A stretch of 63,162 bases of DNA, the filler included, from Reclinomonas americana ATCC 50394 (Eukaryota): the NCBI GenBank assembly GCA_048213135.1. It is 20 parts of 20 records of this genome, joined end to end, with 100 filler letters (N's around TTAATTAATTAA, not from the genome) between each part and the next. Parts side by side here need not be neighbours in the genome. Positions count along the whole stretch, not along the records: positions 35,599 to 42,270 come from AFZH01023679.1; positions 42,371 to 51,421 come from AFZH01023680.1; 18 more parts are not named here. The stretch is one strand, 5' to 3'. A program made the translations under genes and the position numbers. The notes under the pieces were generated by a model that ran no database searches, was not told the origin of the DNA, and saw only the letters and a program-made list of their open reading frames with translations. Of the stretch, positions 37,748 to 50,766 are shown piece after piece. Position 1 is the first letter of the stretch; the number at the start of each line of letters is the position of its first letter.

Positions 37748-39038
37748 ATGGCGTTCTCGTTTGAGAACGAGGTGCGTGTGACTGAGCGTGTGTAGTGAGC
37801 GACGACTCTTTTGTCGTGTGACACATGCGACGCAGGATGCGACTGAGCCTGTGCTGTTTGGACACCCCGAACCACCCTCCTCTTCCTCATCCTCCACAGC
37901 GCCCTTTGCACTCACCACACCATCAGCCGGTGCGTTGCTTCCGCACCACGCCACCGAGGAGCAGCGACAGTATTTGGAAGAGTGGAGCGAGTTGCATTCA
38001 CAGCCTCTCTGTCTCTTGCTATGCGCAGTTGCTCACCATCGCCTGTGCACTCAGAGAGCAAGTGCGACTCAGTCGACAGCTGATCCTCGACGATGACATT
38101 GACTGGGATCCACCGGGTGCGTCCGAATGCGGCTCTGCATTCTGCACAAAAGCACTTCCTCACTCCTTGTCGCCTTCCGCAGATCGCCGGCTTCGCTACA
38201 TTGGCGGTGTCGACATTAGCTTCTCCAAGACCGAGGCCAACCATGCGTGTGCTGGACTGGTGGTGCTCGAGTACCCGTCCTTGAAGGTTGCGTCCGAGTT
38301 GTCGCAGCGGTGTCTTCCATTGCCACGTGTCGTCCATGACTGTTGTGCATGCAGGTGGTCGAGGTGATGACGGAGATGGTGACGTTGGACCTGCCGTACA
38401 TCCCGGGCTTCTTGGCGTTCCGCGAGGTGCCGCACCTCGTGCGACTGGTGGAGCGACTGCGTGCGGAGAAGCCAGAGATTTTTCCGCAAGTGATCATGGT
38501 CGACGGGAACGGCATTCTGCATCCGCGTGGCCTCGGCCTGGCGTCGCACCTCGGTGTGCTGACGGGAGTGCCGGCGATCGGGTGCGCCAAGACATTTCTG
38601 TACGTGGATGGTCTCGACGAGCGAGACATCAAATCCAATCCGGAGCTGGAACGACCCGGTGCTTGGGTGCCACTGCGCGGAAAGTCGGGGCGCATCTGGG
38701 GCGCGGTGCGTGTGCCCTCCCTCTCTTCTCCTTTCCTCTCTTCCCTTCTGCGCTTATTAATCGCGTGCACGTGCAGGCGCTGCGAGGTACTGAGGCCGCC
38801 ACGAATCACATCTACGTCAGCCCAGGTCACCGTTTGAGCATTGAGACGGCGGTGGAGGTGCTCGCTTTCGTCGCCATGCCTGCTTTCAACACTTTCCCGC
38901 TCATCATCCCCCTTCTTCCCCCTCGTGCAGTTGACGCGACGCGTGTGCAAACACCGCGTACCGGAGCCTGTTCGACAGGCCGACCTGGAGACACGCAAAG
39001 CGCTGCGTGAAGAAACCGGATCATCACCCAGGCGGTGA
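37748..39038 (+). CDS. ENDOV: Endonuclease V (inosine-specific nuclease), about 7 exons
   Basis: Motifs YIGGVDISF, PYIPGFLAFRE, MVDGNGILHPRGLGLASHLG, IGCAKT, IYVSPGHR and RVPEPVRQAD. Confidence 0.95.
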
Positions 39039-39079
39039 GCACGTTACATAAACATTAGTTGCCCTACATTCTTCTTGTG

Positions 39080-42000
39080 TCACCTCCTGGCCCCGAATCG
39101 TGTCAGCGGTGGCGGTGGTGTGGCTAGTTGCCGCAACAACGTCGCTTGCGCCTCGGTGAGACCGGTGCAGCCCTCGATCATGAGCTCCGGGCATCGCAAG
39201 TCGCCAGTGCCGGTGTGCCACAGCAGCGTCGAGCAGTACGCACCACCGCGATCCAGCGACGACCGCGACGGCGTTCCGCCTGCACCGGCGGGTGCAGGCG
39301 ACGCGGAGGATCGTGGAGTGCTGCTGTCGGGGAACAGATTGAATTGCACTTGTCGCACCGAAAGCACGCGCGGATCGTCCACCGTGTCGTCGTCGCCGGC
39401 GGCGGGAGCACTGGCACCGGCACCAGCGGCCGACAGATCCTCGGCCGAGGACGAAAGCCAGGACAGGTCGCGCGACGACCGGTCCGGCTGTGCACTCCAC
39501 AGACGCAGCACTGCGTCGGCGCCGCCACTCAGGATGCGCTTGGTGTCGGGCGACAGCGCAATTGAGTACACTGGCACCCGCTGATTGATGCGATGGATCA
39601 GCTCGCCCGTCGAGGCAATCCACAGATTGATCATGCCGTCGGTGCCACACGACGCCACGGCCTTGGAGTCCGGTGCCCAGCACACACACGTCACTGGCGA
39701 AGCGTGTGCACGCTCAATCGTGCGCAGACACTCGCCGCGGTCGGCGTTCCAGATGCGCACCGAGCTGTCGAAACCACCCGTCGCAATGCGGCGTGTGCTC
39801 GGCGAAAACGCCACACTCAAAATCGCCGACGAGTGTCCGTGCACGGCACGCACCAACGAGCCAGCCGCCACATTCCACAATCGCAGCACATTGTCACCAC
39901 TCCCTGTGCGCACAAAAATGAGTGAGCGTGACTCGTAGAACATGATTCGCTCGCGCAGAGATTCGACAAACCCGCAGCGGCAAACTGCCCATCCGCACTC
40001 AGCGCCACGGCGCGGAACCGCTCTGGCCACTCGCCGAACCCACGCAACAACTCGCCCGTGTCCACGTCCCACACGCGCACGCTTCCGTCGAACGAGCACG
40101 ACACAATGAGCGCGCCGTCCGAGGAAAAGGCCACCGAGCGTACCCAGTGCGAATGGCCGCGCAGCACACTGAGGCAGATGCCGCGCTCCGTGTCCCACAA
40201 TCGCACCGTCTTGTCTTCGCTGCCCGACGCAATCACCACCCGGTCGGTGGTGATGGCCACGGCGCGGACGGCTGCCGTGTGGCCACCGAGAAGCAGGATG
40301 CACTGCGCCGTTGCCGCATTCCACACACGCACAGTACAGTCCTCCGAACCCGACACAGCGAGCTTGCCGTCGGTCGAGAAGGCCACACAGCGAATCCAAC
40401 CCGAGTGCTGATCGCGTGCCTGCTCACCCTCAGGTCTCTCATCGACATCCCACGCACGGGCCGAGCGATCCACCGAGCCCGTCATCACCAGGAAGGCGCC
40501 GGAGATGTCGGCGACAGTTGGACTGCCACACGCAACGCCACGCACGGCGGCCGTGTGGCCACGCAACACGCGAATGCACTGACCGCGACACTGGCTCAGC
40601 GGACGAATGTCGTATACTCGCGCGGTGTTGTCGCCACTGCCGGAGACCACGAAGCCGCCGTCGCGAGAGAAGCGCGAGGAAAACACGGCGCCCGAGTGAC
40701 CGTCCAAGTCGAACAGCTTCTCCATGGTCACCGCATCGTACACGGCCGTTCGCCTGCAGTCAGCACGCAGGCAGGTGAGGAAACAATGGAAGACTATGCC
40801 ATAAGCTTCATATACACACCTGGAATCGCCGGCGGCCAAGATCTTGGATCCATCGTTGGCGACGTGCACTGTGCGCACGGGGCCACCATGGCCCTCCAAC
40901 ACGTGCACACACGCCGCGCTCGCCAAGTTCCACAGCCGCACCGACTCGTCGGCACTGCCAGTGACAAGAAGGGTGCCGTCGGGGGAGAAATCCACCGCCA
41001 GCACCTCGTCCTGGTGACCGGCCAGCTCGCTCACTCGATGGCCCGTCTCCACATCAAACACGCGCGCCAGATTGTCGCCGCAGGCCGAGGCCACGAGACG
41101 CGCGTTGGGACTCAGGGCGACACCGTGCACACACTCCGGGTGCGCCGCAATTGTCCGCACGCACTCGCCGGCGACGGTTTTCCACACACGAATCGTACGA
41201 TCGCGACTCCCCGACACGGCCACCTCACCGTCGGCACTCACGGCAACCGAGGTCACCACGAGTGTGTGGCCGGTCATGGTGGACGCGAGCGAGGCAGCAG
41301 CCGTGTTCCATCGTCGCAGTGAGCCGTCGTGTCCACCGGTCAGCAACCACGCCCCGTCGGCGGACGACGCCACACATGTGATCATGGTCGAATGCTGTGA
41401 TGCAAAAATGAAGGGGGGAGAGGCGAGATGAGCTCGCTGTGAAGCGGAACAAGGTGACGATAGAATGCACCTGCAAGAACGGCTGCTTGCCGAGTTGCAC
41501 GCCCTTCATTTGACACCGCCGGAACCGCACATTGGCGAGCCAGGCGCCCGTCAGATCCACATTGCACAGATCCGCATCCTCAAAATTGGCCCCATCCAAC
41601 ATGGCCTGCACCGACGCACACGAGAATCAGTCAGCGGGCGACAAGGCACACACGCGGGGGCACAGCGGCACGCAACATTGGACAGGTTGGCGCCAGCGAT
41701 GCGCACACCCCGCATGTCGGACTTGACCAGCGAAACTCGCGCGGCATTGAGCACGGTAATGGCATTGGCGGCCGCCAGAGCCATGTCGGGTTGGTGACGC
41801 GAGGCGTGCACGATGCCGAGAAGGTGCGTCTCGGCCTGCTGTCTCCTTTGCACCATCTTGCCCAGGAAGCGGACAAAATCCGTCTGTGGTGCCACTGAGG
41901 GTCAGCGACAACGGTAAGAAGAGCAAAGTGATGCACACTACCTCGGCGGTAATGAGGCGAGCACATAGTGGGTGACTCCTCAGTGCAGCATCTCCCGCAA

Positions 42001-42101
42001 TGGACCAGTCGTCGAGAGCACCGAGTGCCTCCTCCGCGGCGAAGAACTACAAATCATGCGTGTGAAAACAAGGACGAGAAGCACAGAAAGTGATCTCCAC
42101 A

Positions 42102-42138
<37 letters not shown>

Positions 42139-44642
42139 TCACTCACTCACTCACTCACTCACTCACTCACTCACTCACTCACTCACTCACTCACGCACGC
42201 ACTCACTCACTCACTCACTCACTCACTCACTCACACTCACTCACTCACTCACACACACACACACCTCCGANNNNNNNNNNNNNNNNNNNNNNNNNNNNNN
42301 NNNNNNNNNNNNNNTTAATTAATTAANNNNNNNNNNNNNNNNNNNNNNNNNNNNNNNNNNNNNNNNNNNNGCACGCACTCACTCACTCACTCACTCACTC
42401 ACTCACTCACACTCACTCACTCACTCACACACACACACACCTCCCGTAGCGACTTGTCGACAAATCGATACCGATACCCATCACCTCCAGCTCGCAGTAA
42501 ACCCTTTGCCCCAAATGCGCAGTGAGGCGCGACAGCATGGGAGGCGAGAAAAAATGATCACATGCGACGCAACAGCATGAACAAGAGTGGTCAGTGGGTC
42601 TCCCGACGAAACCGTCAGCTGGTCTACGTCTCTCCTCAGAATAAAGTATTGGTGCATGCTGAGCATGCGCGAGGCCACTGCTCGGTACAGCTCGAGCAGC
42701 AGCGACGAGGTGACGGCGCCATCGGTCGCCGTGTCCATTCTCCGCGACTGCAACCGCGCGCCAACAATGAGCAAGACAGCGATGAAGAGGGAGACGCGCA
42801 CTTGTGTTACGCACCACCGACGTGATTCCGTGCGAGTACCACAACACAAACTCACGGATGACGTCGTTTCGCTCCACCACCTGCCCTGCATCCCGCGTCA
42901 TGCATTCCAAACGCGGCAGAGCTCGCACCAGCAGCGAAAGATAAAGAGGCTGCGAGAAAAGCGAGATGAGCACGATGTAGCGTGGGCAATTGGGGTCGAA
43001 TCGCTCGCTACTCACCACTTGTGCGAGTTCAGTCAGGCCAGGAATGGAGGCAATAGCATCGCGCAGCTGCCGCCAGTCGACCGAGCGGGAGGCGGAGCCA
43101 CTTCGCTTGATGTACCTGCACGAGAGAAGGGCATGAGCTTTCCAACTCGCCACAGGGGACAGGAGACAGTGGCGCAACTCGCGCAAGAACTCGTCGACTT
43201 GCGTCTCCAAGAATGGCTGCAGGTAGCACTCGCTGACGACCACAGGTTCCGGCACACTGGCTCTCCGGCTCCTCTTGCTGTTTGGCGGAGGAACTGGAGC
43301 ATGGAAAAAGGAAGCCAGTGGCCGACCAAGATGCCGTGCATAGTCCAAGCGACAAGTGACAATCAGCTTGAACTTCCAGTCCTGCATCCGCGCTCACCAC
43401 CTGAGCGATCGAACCAACAGCCATCACGTAGGGAGACACGAACCGCAAAATTCGTTGCATGGAACACCGCCGATGGCAAGCTCTGCAGCTCGTCCAGCCC
43501 GTCAATCACCAACACAATGTGATACTTTTTCTGCAGCCTTGTAATCTGCAGACAACATACTCGACTGATGAGCGACAGCCCCGCGCGAACTCCAACTCGC
43601 AAGTCGCACACCTCACTCGAAGTGAATCCCTCGTGCTCCAGGAACTGCTCCATCCACAAGTGCTCCGGTTCCAGCAACACATCGGGGCGCACCAACAGCG
43701 GCACAGCGTCGCCCTTGCCCCACGTTCTCCACAGATGGGTGACGACGTGCCTCGCAAGCACACTCTTCCCGGAGCCAGCATCGCCCAGCACCAGCAGCAC
43801 CTGCAAATGCCTTCAGCGGGGAGGAGGAGGGGGGCAAAGAGACAACACCACAACTGCACCTTGGAAACCATGTTGGTCGGGCTGAGAAACGCCTGCACCA
43901 GGTCCATCTGCACACACACGATCCATCAATGAGTTGTCTCGCAATCAGTGCGCCACTGTGTGATTCCCACGCAACCGCTGGCACCGGTGCCGATGCCACA
44001 TGTGCCGAGGCCGTCGCCATGACACTGACATGACACACATCGACCACCGCCGGACCCGTATGCAACGCCTCTTGCAGGTGTCGCTCCTGCAAGTGCTGCA
44101 GCTTGACATCCAGCGACACTCGCCCTCGCTGAACAGCACAGCATGAGCTCCAACACTGAGAGCACACACATGCACAAAGAAGGACGCAACGTGTGCCGCA
44201 CTCAATACTGTGCCCTCGGAGGCCTCGGAGAGCTCTATGACCGCGCGCGTGTTTTTGCGTGTGAGTGGACATGTCGGTTCACTCGCTGCACCACGCCTCT
44301 CTCTCGTGTGCGCGTGTGTGTGCGTGTGCGCCTCTCTCCATAACACAATGCACTGACAGAGACACGAGCACACACACGAAAGAACCAGACAGAGAAAAGA
44401 AGCGTAACTGCAGACAATGCAACTGTACACACACACACACACAGAGACAAGCAGCCTCCCATCTCTGTCTTGATGCTCTCACACTGCTGCCGCTGCTCAC
44501 CATACGCACTCGGATGACCACCAATGGCATACGCAGAGCCTCCATTGGTCGTTCCACCGATGAGATGATGCCGCGACGCACCCACTCCACCTCCACCACC
44601 GCCCACCACAGTCGCCTTCTCAGACGAACAGCGGCATCCCAT
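39080..44642 (-). CDS. NLR-like STAND protein: NACHT, pentapeptide repeats and WD40 repeats, with N-terminal MGCRCSS
   Basis: Walker A GDAGSGKS; Walker B VLVIDGLDEL; KLIVTCRLDY; AAANAITVL followed by pentapeptide repeats (DMRGVRIAGANLSNAMLDGANFEDADL); about 14 GH...WD repeats; C-terminal IEGCTGLTEAQATLLRQL. The gene spans the 42271 gap inside an (ACTC)n intron. The exact first exon is inferred. Confidence 0.88.
42104..42440 (+). repeat. (CA)n/(ACTC)n microsatellite flanking an assembly gap, intronic
   Basis: Direct observation on both sides of the gap. Confidence 0.9.
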
Positions 44643-44745
44643 TCCACACAAGCACACACCAACACACACACAGACACACGCGCAGACACAGAGACAGTTG
44701 CACACGAAATGAGTCACGATCACAACAATCGTTTTTGCGCGCGCG

Positions 44746-47700
44746 ATGAGTGGTGGCCACAGTGGTGGCAATGGTCGCCACCTGTCTGCGATGCAGCAAG
44801 GCGTGCGTTCACTGCACGACTTTGTGGTGTCGTCGACTCGCGATCGCCAACAAGGCGACGAGGTGCTGATTGCCTCAATCAACCTCAGCCACAATCGTCT
44901 GAGCAGCATCGATCCTCTGGTGCGCGTGTGGCCGCGACTGGCCGACTCGCTCACCTCGCTGGTGCTCTCCTCCAATCAGATCGATAGCATGAGCGGTCTG
45001 CAGGGGCTGACTGCACTGAGGGAGCTCAACTTGTCGGGCAATCGAGTTGCGATAACGAGGAGTGGTTGCATCGCTCGCTCGCTTGCTCATTCGTGTGTGT
45101 AGATTGTGCACATTGAGTGTCTGGAGACGCTGTCGTCGTTGCAGACGCTGGTGCTGTCGTTCAATCGCATTCAGAGTCTGGATGGTGTCGAGCAGGCGCC
45201 GTCGCTCGTGTCGCTCGATCTCAAGCGCAACCTGATTGTCAGTGTCGATGAGCTGCAGCGACTGGAGGCACTCACAGTTGCGCGCGGTCGTGAGAGGGAG
45301 AGAGAGAGAGAGAGAGAGAGAGATGGAAAGGCGAGGGGTGTTGCTCATGTGGTGTCGGTGCAGCGGTTGCGTCGACTGTGGTTGCTCGACAATCGCGTGT
45401 GTCGATCGCCCGAGTATTCGACCACGATCCTCGAGTTTGCCCCGCAGCTGTTGTACCTGGACGATGTGAAACTGGTGGCCGAGGCCACCTCTGGTGTGTT
45501 GTTTCCATTCACTTTTTGCGTGCGTCGCAAGCTACGTCTCTCACGATGCGATGCAGAGTCGGGTGCGTCTGGCGTGTTTCCGACCTTGCGTAGCCTCTCG
45601 GAACTCGTGCAGTCGCACGACAGGGCTGATCATGAAGACGGTGGTCGACCACCGGCCGAGCCTCCACCACCGCCACCCGCGACGGCGGCAGCACCACAGC
45701 CACCGCCACCTCCTCCGCCGTTGCACAGGTCTGAATTACGCGCGTGTTTATGTACTTCCGGGTCGTCCTCTCATCGCGTTTGTATGAGGGTGCAGACCGG
45801 CGTCGGCAGACCTGGACGATGACGACGGCAATGTGGATACGTCACGCATCGACCAGGCGCTGCGCCATTACCAAGTGCGAGTGCCGCCCGGTGGTGGCGG
45901 GGCACGCAAACCAGTTGCGCGTGTGTGGCATCGATGTGTTCGACGGCGAGTCGCTCACTGGCATTGTATTGTAACAGCGCTTGCGTCGGAGCACCTCGCC
46001 CGGCAAGCCAGCGAGTTGTGTCACCGTCGACACATATTTTTTTTGTAATACACCGTCGCCACGTTCTCACGCGAGGATGAACACAGGACCAAGTGGCTGG
46101 GCAGCGGCACGGGCGCAGGCGATTTTGGCCGCGGGTGAACAAGAGGCGCTTGGACTGCGGTGCGTCGGTGTTCTCTAGCTTGTACACTGTCATCATTCAC
46201 TTGCACTCACTTGCCTTGTTGCAGGTTCGAGGAGGATGGTGAGCGGGCAGTATTTACGACCGCCATGAAGAATGTGCACGCTGACCTTGCATCGCAGGCG
46301 GAAGCGCGCCGTCGCGAAAGCCCTCGTCGAGACCTTCCAGTTCTGGTGGAAGTCGACCATCATCTGCAGCGGCGTCGGCGGCCGGTCGGGGTGGCAGCAA
46401 TGGTGGTGGCGAAGGACACCATGCGTGCAAGTCGTGCGGTTGCACCTGCAACGGATCCAGTGACTGGCGAGCCGAAGCGGAGCGGTGAGTAGTGTGCTGT
46501 GCGAACACTCCTTAACTATGGATTTCTCACGTGTGGACACCACAGGCTACGCAAGGCACTGGCCGACGTGCGCAGCGAGATTCACGGAACGGCCGATGAA
46601 AAGGACAGCTTAGGCGTGCGACTTCAGCGGTGTGTTTGGAGGAGTGCATGTCGAGTGGAGTAGTGTGTATGTATCGCTGACGTGCTACCCTCCTCCGTCT
46701 GCAGCACGCAAGGCGAGCTAATGGCCGCCACCGAGGACCTGTCACAACGGGAACACGAGCTCGAGGAGGCCGGTAGGCGACGTCGAGAGGCAGAGCGCCG
46801 AGTGGCCGAGAGTGTGCAGACTATTGCGCGCCTGCGTGCCAAGCTGGATGAGCGCAAGGAGGATATCGCGGCGTTGCACGAGGCTCGCGAGCGCCTGGAG
46901 GTGTGCTATCCTGTAACTCTCTTTAGCGTGACGCCTCAACTGACTTGCTGTTGCAGCGCGTCAATCACAAATTGCAGAACGAGGTGGAGCGAGCACAGCA
47001 AGAGACGCGCAGTGCCGAGGCCGAGCTGCGGGACACAAGAGTTGCGCTACTGCTGGTTGACATCTTGGTATGTGTCCGTCGTCTCACACGCCCGTCAGAG
47101 TGACATGGAGCGGCTGGAGGCGCAATTGGAAAAGTACCGAGAGGACTTGGCGCATGCGACAGCCAACGGGTCGGTCAAGGCCAGCGAATGGCAGGCGCGC
47201 TCTATGCAACTGGAGGCTGAGATGGAGGCGCACCGCAAGCTGGAAGTGCAACTGCGCGAGGAGGTGCGACTGCTGCGCGAATCCGCGCGCCATCAGGAAG
47301 AGGAAAACAGGCGTGTGCGGGAAGAACTTTCACAGTTGTGTATGACGAATCGAGGGAGGGAGAGGGAAGGAGAGGAGAACTCACGTATCGGTGGCAAAAC
47401 AGGTTACACGGTGCCGAGATGCAAAATTATCTCGCGCGAGAGAACGAAGCCGTGTTTCGTGCCCGTCGTGCGGCCGAGGAGGAGCTCGCCGAGCGCGATC
47501 GCACCACGCAGGCGGCAGTGGCAGCGCTGCAGGACGATTTTGCTCACCGACTGAAGAGTGTGTCACTACCAGCAGTGTTGCGATGATGAGTGTCGTTCTC
47601 TTACACGTGTCTCTTGTGCAGAACAACAACGCCAGATCAAGGATCTGCAGCAGGCACTGGAAGAATCCATTCGCAACGAGGCTGAACTGAAAACGGTTCG

Positions 47701-49283
47701 TGATGCGTCGTCGCCTTCGCTCGAGTCTCTCTGTTTCGGTAACACTGGGTGGTGGTGGTGTGCGCAGGTGGCGCGTGACAGCATGACGAAAGAGTTGCGA
47801 ACGGCGGCTGTGGCGAATGAACTGCGCGAGCTGGTGCGCGAGCAGAAAGACAAGCTGGGCGAGCTGGTCGTCGCCAAGACCGAGCTCATGCGCAAGCACC
47901 AGGTTGGTCATATCAGGGTGTGGGGTCAATGTCACCCAGCTGCTCATCGTTCAATCGTGTGCCACGCAGGAGGAGATGGCCATGCTCGAGGCCGAGTTGC
48001 GACGTGTCGCCGAGGAAGCACAGGTGCGTGCGCATGTCGCCTTGTCGGTGCTCCTCTTTGAGTCTCACCGCGACGCGCGAGCAGCACGGTCGCACGAATG
48101 AGGGTGAACTGCGTGCCGCCCGCGCCGAACTGCAAGCGCAGCGCACGCTGGCCATGCAGCTGGAGCGGCACATTGAAACGTTGGACGAGAGGTGGAAGGA
48201 AAAGGTGCATACCTCTTTTCGTTTTCTGTTTCCCCTTTTCTGCTGCTCACGTTGTCGGTGCGCAGCTGCACGACATGCAATCGGCGCGTCGCGAGGCCGA
48301 GGCGCGTGCCGACTCACTTCAGGACCGGCTGGCGGTGGCCGAGACCACGGTGGCCGACCGGGAGAGGCTCATAGTCCAGCGCACGCGGGAGTTGGAGGCG
48401 CTGGAGCGGTCGTTGGCTGACAAGGTTGGGAGGGGGGTAGGAAGGGGGAAAGGGGAAAGAAGAGAGAAAGGGGGAGAGGGGGAGGAAGGAGACACCTGTG
48501 CTCCTGTGCGATGCACGCACTGACGTCTGCTATCGAACAGGGCGCGGCGTTGGAGTCACTGCAGTCCGAGTTGCGCGGACGCCTGCAGGCGGTGCAGGAT
48601 GAGCTGGATCAGGAGGTGGAGACGCGGACGAAACTGCGCGAGGAGCTGACACGCAAGGAGGAGCATGAACTGCAATTAGGTGCGCCCGTTTCTGCACGCC
48701 CTTTGCTGTTATCAGTGTGTGCACTCACACAAGTATTGCTGATGCCAACAGAGGAGGAGCTGGAGACGGTGTCTCGCGAACGGCGCGACCTGCAGCGCAA
48801 GTACGATCGGCTGCATGAGGCCTTGGAGGACAAGGGGCGCACACTGAGCCTGCTGGAGCAGGAGGTAAAAGGCCTCCAGCGCGTGTATGAAGAGCGCGAG
48901 CGAGAGGCGCGCGAAAACTTCAAGAGCCAGCTGGCGGAGCAGGAGGCCGCCGTGATGCGTGCTCAGTTGCAACTGCGTGCGGCCGAGGACGAATGTCGTG
49001 CAGCGCGGACGCTGAGTGCGGATCTGGAGCGTCGCGGTGCCGAGCTCGCCGAGTTGCGTGTGCAGGAGAAGGAGAAGGAAGGGAGTGTGCGCTGATGTTT
49101 GTGTTGGGCAGGAACTTGCGGGAGGCTCGCGACGTTGTGGCGCAACAACGCGATGAAATTGTCGTGTTGCTGCGACACAATGACGAGCTGAAGGCGCAGA
49201 TGGAGCAGCGCATGCGGAAGCTGCAGAGTGCACTGAGTGAGCTGCAACTGCCGCTCGTGCCCGGTCCCAGTGGCAGCACGTGA
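44746..49283 (+). CDS. LRRCC1: Leucine-rich-repeat and coiled-coil centriolar protein, LRRCC1/VFL1-like
   Basis: N-terminal SDS22-type LRRs (LTSLVLSSNQIDSMSGLQGLTALRELNLSGNR) with an LRR cap (YSTTILEFAPQLLYLD), then a long multi-exon coiled coil ending MEQRMRKLQSAL...*. Confidence 0.72.
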
Positions 49284-49332
49284 CAGGACGGACGGCCACA
49301 GTTTTTTCTTATTGACTGAACGAGCAGAGACC

Positions 49333-49840
49333 ATGTGAGTTCGTTTCCTTCTGTCTATCTCTTCGTGTGGTGCATCTCACACGCTTGAGCTGCTGTTCAT
49401 GTGCCATCACCACCGCCGTCACCACACAGGGACGCCTTCGTTGCGTCTTCTTTTCGTCGCGTGTCCAACTCTTTGATTCTCACTCTTTTTCCTGCCTTCC
49501 CACAGATCCTTTGTTTCGTCTCCATGCTGTGCCACTGAGAGCAATGCGCGCATATACACTCACCTCTTCATCTCCTTCCCTCTCCTCTCGCGGCGAATGG
49601 GCAGTCATCGAGCCGGTATGTCTGCGCGGCACCACAATGTCTGATTTCAGGTGCTGAGTTGTGTGCGTTTTTTCCTTTTAGGTTAGCGGCGGCATGACGT
49701 CGGCACCGGACTGCCACCACGATCACCATGATCACCACCACGATCACCATCACCACCACCACCACCACCACCACCACGGCCATCACCACCACGGCCACCA
49801 TGGCCACCATGGCCATCACGGCCACCACGGCCACTGCTAA
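49333..49840 (+). CDS. Putative small His-rich peptide (62 aa by a micro-exon model; minimal ORF 49694-49840 is 48 aa)
   Basis: The last exon encodes CHHDHHDHHHD(H)11GHHHHGHHGHHGHHGHHGHC* using mixed CAC/CAT codons. Four upstream GT-AG introns give a frame-consistent start. Confidence 0.5.
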
Positions 49841-50471
49841 GCAGTGGCCATGCGGTGCGTGAAGACACGAGGGGGAGCACAGATGAGGCGGGGAAATCAA
49901 TGAATGCCATGTGCTTCTCGTCGCGCGAGAACTCTTCTCACACTCGGTGGTCGCGATCGTCGCCGACCACGCGCGCGCTCGTTCGTGACGCACAATCAGT
50001 CGCCTTTCGCGCTGTTTCTATAATGTCTGCAAACCTTCGGCTGATTCTTTTTATGGTCATTCCACCTCTCACACAAAACAGTGGCCCTGTTGCATGCCCT
50101 GTAGCATGGCGCTGGGTGCGCTGTATGTGCGCCCTCAATGACAACGCTGGCGTCATGATTGACGGCCATTCATGATCAAATCCTCGAGTTCCCGATCGCG
50201 ACTGTCGGGCAGCAGGCTCTCGCAAGAGTGTTGTACGCGGGTGCAACTCGGTGTGTTGGCGCACAACGAGAATGGCGCCGGATTGGATCGCGTCTGCTGC
50301 TGCGAGAAGCAGACAGACTCGGTCACAATGAAATGATCGCCGGCGTTGCTGCCATCCACCACCATGGCTTGTTGACTTCACACACGGAGAAGGCCACAGG
50401 GAGTGATGCTGGCACGCAGCTGCAGAATGGAGCAGAATGATGCAAGGTGACCCGAAATCTCAGCAACAGCA

Positions 50472-50766
50472 ACAACAACAATTCATTCACCAACAAACAA
50501 GCAACAGCTGTCTTGATGGCCATGTACGTCCACCCCATCTAAAACATCAATACAAACACCAGTCTTGAAAGAACTGGAGGCAAGAATCAACGCAACGACG
50601 GTGAGTGGTCACGAGGACGCTGCGCGCGCTGCGGCTGAAGTCCTTCACCCCACAAGAAAACTGCTGCTGGTAGCTAATATAGTGTTAACACTTGTGTTGA
50701 TGTTTTGGATATGGTTGGCCTTGGTCCTCCAGACAGCTGTTGCTTGCTTGCTTGAATTGTTGTTGT
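50472..50766. repeat. Imperfect inverted repeat, arms about 50472-50555 and 50692-50766
   Basis: The left arm ACAACAACAATTCA...CAAGCAACAGCTGTCT...AAAACATCAATACAA matches the reverse complement of the right arm. Confidence 0.7.
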
